From assembly GCA_051003155.1 (NCBI GenBank), contig JBPCLO010000025.1, positions 1 through 43,407 of the forward strand: DNA of 43,407 bases. Direction: 5' to 3'. Below, in pieces: positions 9,252-19,727 of this stretch. Source of the stretch: Fimbriimonadales bacterium. Its GTDB lineage: Bacteria > Armatimonadota > Fimbriimonadia > Fimbriimonadales > ATM1. A model generated the notes under the pieces. It was not told the DNA's origin. It did no database searches and saw nothing but the letters and a program-made list of their open reading frames with translations. Numbering within the stretch: the first letter of the stretch is position 1; the number at the start of each line of letters is the position of its first letter. Position numbers and translations under genes: made by a program.

Positions 9252-11297
9252 ATGCCCGAATTGCTGCTTGAAGTCGGTGTCGAGGAACTTCCGGCGTCCA
9301 TGGTCCGCTCGGCCGCGGAGCAGCTTTTGGGGCTCGTTTCCGATGCCGTGCGGGAGGCGCGTTTGGGTGGCGCTTCTGATGGCCGTTGGTATGCGACTCC
9401 GAGGCGGCTGATCATTATTTTGCCGGATGTCGCCGACCGCCAGCCTGACCAGGTCGTGGAAAAGCGGGGGCCGGCAGCGAAGGGGGCTTACGGACCCGAC
9501 GGCTCACCGACCCCTGCGCTGATCGGGTTCGCGAAGGGAGCGGGGGTCGACCCTTCGAAAGCCGAGGTCCGCGATGACTATGTCTGGGTGAAGTCCGAAG
9601 TTCGCGGACGCACGGCGAAAGAGGTGTTAATAGAGCTCCTGCCCAGCGCTATCAGGAAGATTTCATTCGAGAAGACGATGCGTTGGGGGAGTGGGCGAAC
9701 TCGGTTCTCTCGCCCGATTAGGTGGATTGTCGCGCTGATCGGCCGCGAGGTGGTTCCTTTCGAATTCGAGACCGTGACGGCAGGAAACCGCTCGGTCGGC
9801 CATCGGTTTTTGTCGCCGGACTCCTTTGAGGTTGCTTCATCGGTGGAGCTATTGGACAGGCTTCGGCAGAGATTCGTCGAGCCGGACCCGGCCGTTCGCG
9901 AGGAATCCATCAGGAGCAAGGCCGAATCCCTCGGCGTGGGCAAGCCGGTTATCACGGATGCGCTGCTCGAAGAGAACGTTTACCTCACCGAATGGCCGGT
10001 TGCGATTTCGGGGTCCTTCCGGGAGGAGTTCTTGGGCCTCCCTCGGCCGGTGCTGGTTACAGCGATGGCAAAGCACGAGCGGTTTTTCCCGGTCGAGGAT
10101 TCGGATGGGAATATCACCCAATCCTTCGTCAGCGTGACGAATGCCGGAGATCCGGACACCGTCAGGCGAGGCAACGAGTGGGTGCTGAACGCACGCTTCA
10201 ACGACGCAAAATTCTTTTTTGATGAGGATTCGCGGCTTTCGCTGGCGGAGTTTCTGGAGAAGACGGACCGAATCGTATTTCAGGAGAAACTCGGCACCGT
10301 GCGACAGCGCGCGGATCGCATCGCGGAGCTTGCCTCTCGGATTGCCCAGGAGGCCGGATTACCCCAAGACGAGGTCACGATATGCCGGCAGTCGGGGCTC
10401 TTGTGCAAAGGCGATCTGAGCACGGGTTTGGTGAGTGAGTTGCCGTCTCTTCAGGGCAAGATCGGCGGAAAATACGCGAGGCGCGACGGCATCGATGAAA
10501 CAGTTTGTGAGGCGATTTCGGAGCATTACGATCCCAATACGAAACCCGAGAAGGCCGGTCAGCGCGCGGCTCTAATAACCATGTGCGCCGACCAAGCCGA
10601 TCGGCTTGCAGGCTATCTCGGAATCGGGGAAGCGCCGACCGGCAGCAGCGACCCCTATGCGCTTAGGCGCGCGGCGACCATGCTCATCGAAGCGCAACGC
10701 GACTGGGACGCAGAGATGGCGTCGATCGCCGGCTGGTGCGAATACGCGCGCGCGGGCTACGTTGCGCAAGGTATTCCTGTGTCCGATTCTGTGAACGAAC
10801 TTATCAGAGAAGTGCTGCGGGGACGCTACGAGGCGTTATTTTCCGACATTCCGTACGATGCGCTCGACGCCGCCTGGGCGACAGGTTGGGACGAACCCAC
10901 GGCCGCCTTTCTGGTTAGGGCCCGCGCGCTGGGGGGTCTCTCGGCGGACGTGAGTTTCGTGCGCTCAGCCAAGAGGCCCGCGAACATCGTGGAGTCGTCG
11001 CGCAAGAAAGGAATCGCCTTCCCGAAATCGCCCGAGCCGGCGCTCTTTTTGGAAGAGGAGGAGGGCAGCCTTTATGCGGCCGCGCAGGCGGCGGAACAGG
11101 AAATGGGCAACGGTCTGTCGATGGACCTCGAGACGCTGCGCACTCTAAAGGGGCCGATCGACTCGTTCTTCGATAAAGTGATGGTGATGACGGACGACGA
11201 AGCGGTTCGGGGCAATCGGCTCGCGCTCCTAGCGATCGTGGACGCGCTTTTCAAGCGAATCGGCGACTTCGGGAAGATCGTGATCGAGGGCGAATAG
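9252..11297 (+). CDS. glyS: Glycine-tRNA ligase beta subunit
   Basis: LLLEVGVEELP, ATPRRL, KTMRWG, FSRPIRW, PTGSSDPYALRR, FFDKVMVM..D..VRGNRLALL. Confidence 0.97.
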   Translation: MPELLLEVGVEELPASMVRSAAEQLLGLVSDAVREARLGGASDGRWYATPRRLIIILPDVADRQPDQVVEKRGPAAKGAYGPDGSPTPALIGFAKGAGVDPSKAEVRDDYVWVKSEVRGRTAKEVLIELLPSAIRKISFEKTMRWGSGRTRFSRPIRWIVALIGREVVPFEFETVTAGNRSVGHRFLSPDSFEVASSVELLDRLRQRFVEPDPAVREESIRSKAESLGVGKPVITDALLEENVYLTEWPVAISGSFREEFLGLPRPVLVTAMAKHERFFPVEDSDGNITQSFVSVTNAGDPDTVRRGNEWVLNARFNDAKFFFDEDSRLSLAEFLEKTDRIVFQEKLGTVRQRADRIAELASRIAQEAGLPQDEVTICRQSGLLCKGDLSTGLVSELPSLQGKIGGKYARRDGIDETVCEAISEHYDPNTKPEKAGQRAALITMCADQADRLAGYLGIGEAPTGSSDPYALRRAATMLIEAQRDWDAEMASIAGWCEYARAGYVAQGIPVSDSVNELIREVLRGRYEALFSDIPYDALDAAWATGWDEPTAAFLVRARALGGLSADVSFVRSAKRPANIVESSRKKGIAFPKSPEPALFLEEEEGSLYAAAQAAEQEMGNGLSMDLETLRTLKGPIDSFFDKVMVMTDDEAVRGNRLALLAIVDALFKRIGDFGKIVIEGE

Positions 11298-11648
11298 CTA
11301 TTCCTTGACGAATTTCATACCCGTGGCGGTCAGCGTTTTGCCGTCCTCTGAGACGGTTCCTTCGGTCGGCGGCGCGCCGGTACCCTTCGGATTCAGCGTA
11401 ACCTTCTTACCCTCGACGGTGTAGTCGCCCGAAGTCTCGGCTTTGATTAGGCCCGTCATCTTGAGGGTGAATGTGCCGGCCTCTTTGAACTCGATCTGGC
11501 CCGTTGCCGGCGGCGCCCCCGCTTTGGCCATCATGTCGGCGGTTTCCTTCGGCAGTTCCATCTTCCATGTGCCGACCACAGGGACGTCTTTGCTGCACCC
11601 GACGAGAATTGCGATCAACAAGGCAAACAGTGCGCCAACGGCTTTCAT
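11298..11648 (-). CDS. Small lipoprotein, lipocalin-like beta fold
   Basis: Lipobox LVGC, then VVGTW...FKEAGTF...GDYTVEG. Confidence 0.8.
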   Translation of the reverse strand: MKAVGALFALLIAILVGCSKDVPVVGTWKMELPKETADMMAKAGAPPATGQIEFKEAGTFTLKMTGLIKAETSGDYTVEGKKVTLNPKGTGAPPTEGTVSEDGKTLTATGMKFVKE

Positions 11649-11679
11649 CGACAAATTATAGCTGTTGCATAATCTTTGC

Positions 11680-12969
11680 ATGGCTCGCATCATTCCGGTT
11701 GCCCACGATTTCGTTTGCGAGTGGTGCTGGATCGGGCTCTTTCAGGCGAAGCGGATGCGCCGAGAATTCGGTGTGGAAATCGATTGGCTCGGCTATGAAC
11801 TGTTTCCCGCGGGGCTGGTGGAGGAGAAGAAGTCGCGCGAGCCCGTGCCACCCAACAAGCCGCTGACACCGGGCCGGCTGACCCTGGCGTACGAAGCGGC
11901 GGAAATCGAACCGGTTCGGAAGCCGCCGGTGGATTCGCACGCCGCGCACGAAGCGGTGGAGTTTGCGAAACTCTCCGGGTTGCAAGACCCCTTGATCGAA
12001 CGGATTTATTGTGCTTATTGGAAAGAAAATGTCGACATTTCCGACATCGACGCGCTGATATCTATCGCCGATGGCGTAGTCGAGGATCTGGAGGGTTTCC
12101 GAGAAGCGATTATCTCGCGTAAATTCGCCAACAAAATCACACAGTTCGACGAGGCGGCGTTCGCCAATGGCGTTTACAACGTTCCGACATTTTGGATCGA
12201 CGGAGAGCGATACGCCGAGCAGCCGTGGACCCGCCTTGCAAATGCCCTGAAGCAGCCGGAAGGCGTGCCCGGTTTTTATGGCAATTTGGATTTTCCATAT
12301 TTCGAAAGCGACAGGCCGTATGTTTTTATCAACATGGTCACGACGATCGACGGGAAAATCATCACAGGCAACCGCGGCGAGCCGGTGGAGGATTTGGGCA
12401 GCAAGACCGACCATTTGATGATGCGGCGCATCCAAGCCGCGGCGGAGGGAGTTTTGATCGGAGCCGGCGCCCAGCGAAGCAGCGAAAAGATCTGGTATCC
12501 GAGGGAGTTGTATCGGTTTGTAGTTACGCGCTCCGGGAACGTGCTCGTGAGTAGCCGGTTTTTCACGGATGCACCGGACATGGCTTTCGTCGTCTGTCCG
12601 GAAAATACCAACTTGCCGGAATTGCCCGACGGTGTTCGGGTTATTCGCGCAGGAAAAACGGACGTCGATTTTGAAATGGCGTTATCGATTGTTCGTTCGG
12701 AAATCGGCATAAAGCGCCTCTTGGTCGAAGGTGGCAGCGAAATCAATGCGCAGCTGTTTCACTTGAATATTCCCGACGAGCTTTTCCTTACGCTCGCTCC
12801 GAAAATCAAACTCGGTGAAGATATACCGACCTACGCGGACGGTAAGCCATTGCCGAGAAAACAGGTTCAGAAGTACGATCTGATCGAGGGGAACCGGTGG
12901 GGCAGTGAAGTGTTCCTGCGATACCGACACCGGCGCGCCCAAACCTCAAGTAGCCCAGCAATTATGTGA
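11680..12969 (+). CDS. DsbA/FrnE-like thioredoxin domain fused to a RibD C-terminal (pyrimidine reductase-like) domain
   Basis: HDFVCEWCWIG and GVYNVPTF, then RPYVFINMVTTIDGKI, LLVEGGSEIN, DELFLTLAPKI. Confidence 0.85.
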   Translation: MARIIPVAHDFVCEWCWIGLFQAKRMRREFGVEIDWLGYELFPAGLVEEKKSREPVPPNKPLTPGRLTLAYEAAEIEPVRKPPVDSHAAHEAVEFAKLSGLQDPLIERIYCAYWKENVDISDIDALISIADGVVEDLEGFREAIISRKFANKITQFDEAAFANGVYNVPTFWIDGERYAEQPWTRLANALKQPEGVPGFYGNLDFPYFESDRPYVFINMVTTIDGKIITGNRGEPVEDLGSKTDHLMMRRIQAAAEGVLIGAGAQRSSEKIWYPRELYRFVVTRSGNVLVSSRFFTDAPDMAFVVCPENTNLPELPDGVRVIRAGKTDVDFEMALSIVRSEIGIKRLLVEGGSEINAQLFHLNIPDELFLTLAPKIKLGEDIPTYADGKPLPRKQVQKYDLIEGNRWGSEVFLRYRHRRAQTSSSPAIM

Positions 12970-13045
12970 GGTTTTGCAAGAAAAAACACGTTTTTCGGCG
13001 CGCGGGGGGGGGGGTCTTGCCCGATGTTGCCCTTATAATGTCCGC

Positions 13046-13695
13046 ATGACTGTTTCTCGTGCAAACGTCGTCGCGCTCGTTGCGTGCGGTACGGCTTGCG
13101 TCACCGCCGCCAACGCATACAAGGTGGAACTGGTCGCCGGAACTTTCCATCCGCTCAGGCACGGTAATGCCGAGGGTGCTCCCGATAACATCGTTGCACC
13201 CTACTACCTGGGGACGCCTGTGTGTGTTTCGAAAGGTTCCGCGTTTGGATTAAAGCTGGTGCCGGACCCCGGTGAGCAAGTGGTTCGTTGGCAGGTAACC
13301 GCCGCTATTCTTACGAGCACGGAGCCTGGCAGCCAACCGCATTGGTCGAATTCCGACGGGCCGAATGAGTGGCATGCGCCGAATGCCACCCACATGCTGC
13401 CTGCCGTACCCGGCATCGTAGACATCGCTGGGCTGCAAGTTGCCGTCAATGTCGAGCACGAATCTTCATTCGGCGAATCGTTGGGCCTCCCCTGCCGGAC
13501 AGCACGGTTTATATCGTAGTTGCGGCGCCGAAAGCGCCGATGATTCCTGCCTGGACATCTGTCCTCGATCGAAGTTGTGAAACCGCCCGCGAAGCCCAAG
13601 CTTCACAGCGTGCGCGTGAACTACTAACTAGGGACCTAATGCCGCAGGCAATCCTTGGAACCCGACACCGGCCGCAGCGCTTGTGCCCGTCGTGA
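13046..13695 (+). pseudogene. Frameshifted/truncated secreted protein
   Basis: Signal peptide from ATG 13046; frame stops at 13519 while protein-like VYIVVAAPKAPMIPAWTSVLDRSC continues in another frame. Confidence 0.5.
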
Positions 13696-13738
13696 CCGCC
13701 AACCCTCGCTGAATAATATACGCCTCAAGGAGATTCAA

Positions 13739-14734
13739 ATGACAGCAATACTGGTGATTCTATCGATGTCACTCTCCGGCTCCGTTTCCGACGAACCTTT
13801 GCCGCCAACTTCGTTGCTCAAGAGTGGTGTCGAGAATGGTGAAATGATATATTTCCTGCCAACGCCGTGGAACGGAATGAACTACTCGGTTTCAGCTTCA
13901 CCTACGGACATTGTGGCAGCCGATCTCCTCCGGTTAGTCTTCAATGAGGACGAAATACCTAGGATGAACTTTCAGACGATTCCGCCTTATATGGCTTCGT
14001 CTGCCGCACCGACGAACATTCTCGTGCGCACTGATCGGGCAAGCATCGACAGATCGTATGCGATCGAGGGCGGTGTTGACCTTCCGGCAGAGTTCGGCGA
14101 GAAGCTTATGATTCGTATCCGGATCAGCGCGACATCTGCCGAAGCAGCTGCATCAGCGAAGACGGACGCCAAGAGCATTAGGTTCGATCCAAAACTGAAT
14201 CTGCCGTCTCACCAATCCTTTGCGGATAAGGTCTGGATTCGAGACGATCGCCAGATTCACTGGTACTGGATTTGCTTCCAGCGCGGCAGAGCCGTCGTTC
14301 GTGTTTGGTCAATCGGGCAAGATATAAACCGATCAAAGATAGAGGCTCTTGCGCGTGCCGTTGATTTTCGTATTCGGATGAATGAGAAACTGGCGATTGG
14401 CGCTCTGCTTCAATCTGAAGGAGTAATCTTTGAGAAGAAGGTCTCGACCGAGATGGTCGACGACATGCCTCTAGTACATATAAGTGCAATCAAACAGGCG
14501 CAGGACTTTCATGTAACTGCCCAGGATGCTTCGACAAAGATTACTCATAAGAAACGCACTGTAAAGACCTCCCCCTTTTCGTGGGAACTTGAGACGCCCG
14601 AGGGGAACACCAAACTCGAACACCCTGTAATTCCTTATAACGGATCGCTGCTGGTCCCAGCCGAGGCGCTTGCCAAAGGACTCGGCCTGCGATTCCTTCG
14701 CGAAGGCGCAGGCTTTCGGATCACGCGTTTGTAG
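13739..14734 (+). CDS. Hypothetical secreted protein, C-terminus resembling a copper amine oxidase N-terminal (stalk) domain
   Basis: AAGGAG RBS, hydrophobic N-terminus, C-terminal LEHPVIPYNGSLLVPAEALAKGLGL. Confidence 0.65.
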   Translation: MTAILVILSMSLSGSVSDEPLPPTSLLKSGVENGEMIYFLPTPWNGMNYSVSASPTDIVAADLLRLVFNEDEIPRMNFQTIPPYMASSAAPTNILVRTDRASIDRSYAIEGGVDLPAEFGEKLMIRIRISATSAEAAASAKTDAKSIRFDPKLNLPSHQSFADKVWIRDDRQIHWYWICFQRGRAVVRVWSIGQDINRSKIEALARAVDFRIRMNEKLAIGALLQSEGVIFEKKVSTEMVDDMPLVHISAIKQAQDFHVTAQDASTKITHKKRTVKTSPFSWELETPEGNTKLEHPVIPYNGSLLVPAEALAKGLGLRFLREGAGFRITRL

Positions 14735-16250
14735 CCGGAACGGCCGCTATTTCGTCGTCGTTCTTGCTGGCGGGGCGGGTTCTTAGCATCGCCCAGCTGC
14801 GCAACGCGGCGATTTCTTCGCTCATCATCACGCTGAGCGGCACGAGCGCTTTCGCCTCGGAGACCAGGTCTTCCATGATTAGATCGCGGTTCTGATCGAA
14901 CGCGGCGAAAAGGCCGGCGACGATAACCTGCTCGATTTCTGCGCCGCTGAATCCCTTCGTTTTATCGGCCAAGAGGTTTAAGTCGTAATTCTTCGGGTCT
15001 CTCTTTCTTTTCTTCAAATGGATGCCGAAAATTTCGATCCGCTCTTCGCGATCGGGCAAGTCAATAAAGAATATTTCATCGAATCTACCCTTTCGCAATA
15101 ATTCCGGCGGCAATTGTGAAACGTCGTTCGCCGTCGCCACCAGGAAAACAGGTGCAGTCTTTTCTTGCATCCACGTAATGAACGTCGCGAAAACCCTCGC
15201 CGTCGTGCCGCTGTCCCCGAAGCCGCTGCCCTGCACTCCCGCGAAGCCCTTTTCCAATTCGTCGGCCCATAAAACGCAAGGAGCCACACTCTCGGCCACC
15301 TGGATCGCGCGGCGCACGTTCTCCTCGCTCTGTCCCACGAGGCTGCCGAAAATCTTGCCCACGTCCATACGGAGCATCGGCAGCCCCCACTGGCTCGCGA
15401 TGGCCTTGGCAACCAGCGACTTTCCGCATCCCTGAACTCCGAGGAGCAGAACACCCTTGGGCGGCGGCAGTCCGAACTCGGTCGCTTTGTCGGCGAAGCT
15501 TTGCGCGCGCCTGCGCAACCACTCCTTCAGGTGCTCCATGCCGCCGACGTCCTTCAGGCTTTCGTTGGCCGGATAGTATTCGAGCACCCCGGATTTGCGA
15601 ACGATCTGCTTCTTCTCCTCGAGCACCACGTCCACGTCCAGCTTCCTGTTTTCCACCAAGCTCCGTGCAAAAACGGACTCGATCTCATCCAGCGTCAACC
15701 CTTGACACGACCTGATCAGCGCCTCTCGCTCGATGTCGGTCATCGCGGTGCTGACGTTGGGCGTGTTCTTCACGCCTTCGATGAGCGAATCGAGGACTTC
15801 CGTGATCTCTGCTGCCTCCGGCAGGCCGAAGTCCACGACGGTGATTTCCTTCTCTAACTCGATGGGGAGCTTCAGCAGGGGCGCCGTGATCATGATGCAC
15901 TGCGAGCGGGTTCGGAGCCGAGCCGACAGATCGCGCATGACCCGGATGACCCGCGAATCGTTTAGGTACGGGTGAAAATCCTTCAGGTGGAAAATCGCCC
16001 CTTCCGGCGCCGCATGGATGTCCATGAGCGCCTCGAGTTCGCCCGGAAGCTTGCCCTGGCGGTGGTCTTGGCGCACGGCATCGATCTCTGGTTTGAGGCC
16101 CTGTGTCAGCGACCAGCAATACGTCTTCCGATTGAGTTTGCCCGCGATCTCTTCGATCGTTTCTGCCACCCGATGCTCCTCCCAAGTGACCACGTACAGG
16201 ATGGGGTATTTGGCCCTGACCAGCGTCTCGATTTCCTCTCTCGGCTTCAT
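14721..16250 (-). CDS. AAA+ ATPase, Ycf46-like
   Basis: YPILYVVTWEEHR, DFHPYL, GVQGCGKS Walker A, LWADELEK Walker B, PPELLRKGRFDEIFFIDLP. Confidence 0.92.
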   Translation of the reverse strand: MKPREEIETLVRAKYPILYVVTWEEHRVAETIEEIAGKLNRKTYCWSLTQGLKPEIDAVRQDHRQGKLPGELEALMDIHAAPEGAIFHLKDFHPYLNDSRVIRVMRDLSARLRTRSQCIMITAPLLKLPIELEKEITVVDFGLPEAAEITEVLDSLIEGVKNTPNVSTAMTDIEREALIRSCQGLTLDEIESVFARSLVENRKLDVDVVLEEKKQIVRKSGVLEYYPANESLKDVGGMEHLKEWLRRRAQSFADKATEFGLPPPKGVLLLGVQGCGKSLVAKAIASQWGLPMLRMDVGKIFGSLVGQSEENVRRAIQVAESVAPCVLWADELEKGFAGVQGSGFGDSGTTARVFATFITWMQEKTAPVFLVATANDVSQLPPELLRKGRFDEIFFIDLPDREERIEIFGIHLKKRKRDPKNYDLNLLADKTKGFSGAEIEQVIVAGLFAAFDQNRDLIMEDLVSEAKALVPLSVMMSEEIAALRSWAMLRTRPASKNDDEIAAVPATNA

Positions 16251-16421
16251 TTCTTGGCGTGTGAGAGTGTACCGGCATCGGGGGGCGACGCAGGCGGCCG
16301 CCCGAACGTCGACGAAGTAACGCTGGCGCAGGCGCGGACTTTGACGGCTCGCCGGATTCCTCCGCTCTAGTCGTAAGGACAGGGCGCAGGCAGCACGGAA
16401 ATAGAGGCTATGATTACAGCG

Positions 16422-18845
16422 ATGCGGTGGCTGCTCGTTGCGGTGGCGTTCTTGTGCTCTTTGGCGGGCCACGCCGACGACGTCACCACGGTTCGGATGA
16501 TCGCGCATTCGAGTTGGGGCATTCCTCCTAAGGATGCCGCCGACCCCGGGAGTATTGCCCGACGCGCTATTTTCGACGAGTTCCATCGCAAGAACCCCGA
16601 TATTCGCGTGGTGAACGCGGCCGGGCTGCAGGTGGCCGGCAATCAGCCGGACGCGCCGTTCCTAATGAGCATGGCGAGCGACACGTCGCCGGACGTGTTC
16701 TATGTGAATTTCCGGCAGATGACCAACTACATCGAGCAGGGGTTCTGCCGCCCGCTCGACGACCTGATCGCCCGAGACCCGTCGGTGTTAAGCCGGGTGA
16801 AGTCGAAGGTGCAGGCGGTTCTGCGAAGCTACGACGGCAAGATCTACAGCATCCCGTATATCCAGTACGGAATGGCGCTTTACTACCGAATCGACTTCTA
16901 TCGCGAAGCAGGCCTCGACCCGGCGATGCCGCCGCGCAACTGGGAGGAGTTCTACGACTATGCCAAGAAGCTGACTCGGCCCGAAAAGGACCGGTACGGA
17001 TTCCTATTCAATAATGCCCCCGAAGGGAAGGCGTGGCACTGGATCAACATCCTGCGCCAAGCCGGTGGCGAGCCGGTGGCGCCAACGCCGTCCGGCGCTT
17101 GGCAGTGTACGTTCAACACACCCGAAGGCGCGGTGGCTCTAGACTTCTTCCGCAAGCTGACGCTGGCGAAATGGGACCGCAACGGCAAGGAGATCGGCCC
17201 GGCAGCGGGGCTTTCGATGAAGTGGCGAGACGAAATCGACGACGGCAAGGGCGCGATGTGGTTCGACTACACGAACGACGTTTTAATGCATGCTACTCGA
17301 ACCAATCCTGCACTTATCGGGGTGGCTGCGATGCCCGCAGGGCCGGGTGGGCGCGCGAATGAGATCAATGCCGGAATGTGGGCGATCAACGCTTCCCTGA
17401 AGGACCCGAAGAAGCTGGAGGCGTGCTGGCGGTTCATAAAGTTCTTCATCGGCGAGGACGCGGCCCGCGTGGCGACGAACAGCTACGTGGAGAACGGCCT
17501 GGGCAACCTCGTGCAGCCCGACCTTCTGGAGAAGTTCGGCCACGAAGAGCTGGCGCAGCAGTCGGACCCGCTCCTGGTGAAGGCGAGCAAAGAGCAGTTC
17601 GAGAACGGAAGGCCCGAGCCTTACGGGCGCAACTGCCAGATGCTCTATGTGTTGCTCGATGAGCCGATCCAGGAAGCGCTTCTCAACCCGAAAAAGCCCG
17701 CCAAGGAGATTTTGGATCATGCGGCGAAATCGATCAACGCTAAGCTCTTGGGGTACGTGGCGCCGGAAGAGATGGCAAGGCGCCGGGGGTTCGCACTCGG
17801 GATACTGCTGGTCATGCTCGCGACGATGGTGATCGCGGCGTACTTCGTGGTGAAGCGCTGGCGGAACGACCGAGCGGAGAACCCGGCGGGTGCAGCGAAA
17901 TCGAACCGGTTCAAACGGTTGGCTGCGCTGTTTCTCGCGCCTGCCGTCTTGAGCCTTTTGGTGTGGGCGTATTACCCTCTTTTCCGGGGATTGATTATCG
18001 CCTTCCAAGATTATCGGATCATGAAGGCGCCGCAGTTCATCGGCCTCGACAATTTCATCGAGGTCTTTACACAGGGGACCTTTTGGAAGGGCCTCATGAA
18101 CAGCTTTTTGTTCGTTGGGCTGACGATCGCAATCGGTTTTTTTCTGCCGTTCATTTTGGCGCTGGCTCTAAGCGAGATACCGAAGTTCAAAGTATTTTTC
18201 AGGACCGTGTTTTACTTGCCGGCAATGACGAGCGGCCTAGTAATAGCGTTTATGTGGCGGCTTTTTTACGATAAATCCGAGACCGGGTTTCTGAACCAAG
18301 TCATGGCGCCCGTTTACGGACTGCTCAATTCGGGCATCGATTTTCTCAACAATATTTTTCATATATCGATCGCACATTTCAATCTGACGCACGACTGGTT
18401 GGGTGACCCGTCGCTTGCGATGTTCGCGGTCGTGATACCGGGAATCTGGGCAGGCGCTGGGCCTGGGAGCATCCTTTATCTGGCTGCGATGAAGAACGTT
18501 CCTGACGAACGATATGAGGCTGCAGACTTGGACGGGGCGAGCTGGCGGCACAAGGTTCGGTATGTCGTCTATCCCGCTCTCAAACCACTTATTCTTATCA
18601 ATTTACTGGGCGCCTTCGTGGGTGGGTTTAAGGCGATGGAGCAGATATTTATCATGACCGGCGGCGGCCCGCTCTATGCAACGCATACTTTGGGCCTGGA
18701 AGTTTGGCAAAATGCATTTATGTTCCTGAAATTCGGCTACGCGACAGCTGCCGCTTGGGTTATGGGTGCTATTCTTATCGGATTTACGGTAGTGCAAATT
18801 CGTTCGCTTTTGGGAATGAAATTCTCGGCTTCTTCACACGCGTGA
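16422..18845 (+). CDS. Carbohydrate ABC transporter substrate-binding protein fused to a permease
   Basis: Signal peptide, SBP_bac_1-like region (PDVFY, GKIYSIP, PPRNWEEF), then TM helices with FIGLDNF and YEAADLDGA (EAA loop). Confidence 0.92.
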   Translation: MRWLLVAVAFLCSLAGHADDVTTVRMIAHSSWGIPPKDAADPGSIARRAIFDEFHRKNPDIRVVNAAGLQVAGNQPDAPFLMSMASDTSPDVFYVNFRQMTNYIEQGFCRPLDDLIARDPSVLSRVKSKVQAVLRSYDGKIYSIPYIQYGMALYYRIDFYREAGLDPAMPPRNWEEFYDYAKKLTRPEKDRYGFLFNNAPEGKAWHWINILRQAGGEPVAPTPSGAWQCTFNTPEGAVALDFFRKLTLAKWDRNGKEIGPAAGLSMKWRDEIDDGKGAMWFDYTNDVLMHATRTNPALIGVAAMPAGPGGRANEINAGMWAINASLKDPKKLEACWRFIKFFIGEDAARVATNSYVENGLGNLVQPDLLEKFGHEELAQQSDPLLVKASKEQFENGRPEPYGRNCQMLYVLLDEPIQEALLNPKKPAKEILDHAAKSINAKLLGYVAPEEMARRRGFALGILLVMLATMVIAAYFVVKRWRNDRAENPAGAAKSNRFKRLAALFLAPAVLSLLVWAYYPLFRGLIIAFQDYRIMKAPQFIGLDNFIEVFTQGTFWKGLMNSFLFVGLTIAIGFFLPFILALALSEIPKFKVFFRTVFYLPAMTSGLVIAFMWRLFYDKSETGFLNQVMAPVYGLLNSGIDFLNNIFHISIAHFNLTHDWLGDPSLAMFAVVIPGIWAGAGPGSILYLAAMKNVPDERYEAADLDGASWRHKVRYVVYPALKPLILINLLGAFVGGFKAMEQIFIMTGGGPLYATHTLGLEVWQNAFMFLKFGYATAAAWVMGAILIGFTVVQIRSLLGMKFSASSHA

Positions 18846-18851
18846 CCTACA

Positions 18852-19727
18852 ATGATGATCGGACTTCTCTTTAATTGCATCGATATCGACGTCTACAACT
18901 TGCCCATCGGCAAGCCCGGTCACATCGAACTGCGCGTGAACCTTGTGTTAAATACACGGGATGGAAATTCCGCAACCCTAAAGGATATCGTCGACGCTGC
19001 CAGGGGCAAGAGATTTGTTTTTGTGGGTGAGAGTCATGATAATCCCGATGCGCACCGGTGGCAGGCAGATATTATCGAGGCCCTGTCCGATGCGGGCCGG
19101 AGCGTGATCGTGGGTATGGAGATGTACACCCGTCCGAAGCAACATTTTATGAATTTGTGGACCCTGGGTAAATTATCGGAAGAAGATTTCATCGAGCGCT
19201 CCGACTGGAAAGGGCAATGGGGGTTTGACTACGCCCTTTATCGCCCGATCTTTGACGTGGTAAACAGCCGCCGCCTGCGCCTTGTGGGGCTGAATATTCC
19301 CCGCGACTGGGTGCGAGCGGTCGGGCGCGGCGGGTACGACGCCTTGCCCGACGACGCAAAGAAGGAGCTGCCGAGCCTCTATATGGACAATAAGGAGCAC
19401 CGCCTGGTTTTCGATGCGTTGATGGGTGGCCATCCGATTGCCTCGCCGAACGTTTATGCAGCTCAAGTTTTGTGGGATGAAGGCATGGCCGATACGGCCA
19501 TTAAATACTTGATGAAAACATCGGTGACCGACAATACAGTATTCGTCGTCATTGCGGGTAACGGCCACACTATGTATGGCCAGGGAATTAATTATCGGAT
19601 AAAGCGTCGCACCGGCCTCGATGGCGTTACCGTGGCCACGGTCGATATTCCCAAGGATAAGCAATCATTGAAAGTAGCGCGCGGCATCGGAGATTTCGTG
19701 ATCGGTGTTACATCAACGCAACAATAA
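18852..19727 (+). CDS. ChaN/PhuW-like (haem-uptake family) protein
   Basis: VFVGESHDNPDAH, GMEM, YRPIF, AQVLWDEGMA, IAGNGH. Confidence 0.85.
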   Translation: MMIGLLFNCIDIDVYNLPIGKPGHIELRVNLVLNTRDGNSATLKDIVDAARGKRFVFVGESHDNPDAHRWQADIIEALSDAGRSVIVGMEMYTRPKQHFMNLWTLGKLSEEDFIERSDWKGQWGFDYALYRPIFDVVNSRRLRLVGLNIPRDWVRAVGRGGYDALPDDAKKELPSLYMDNKEHRLVFDALMGGHPIASPNVYAAQVLWDEGMADTAIKYLMKTSVTDNTVFVVIAGNGHTMYGQGINYRIKRRTGLDGVTVATVDIPKDKQSLKVARGIGDFVIGVTSTQQ

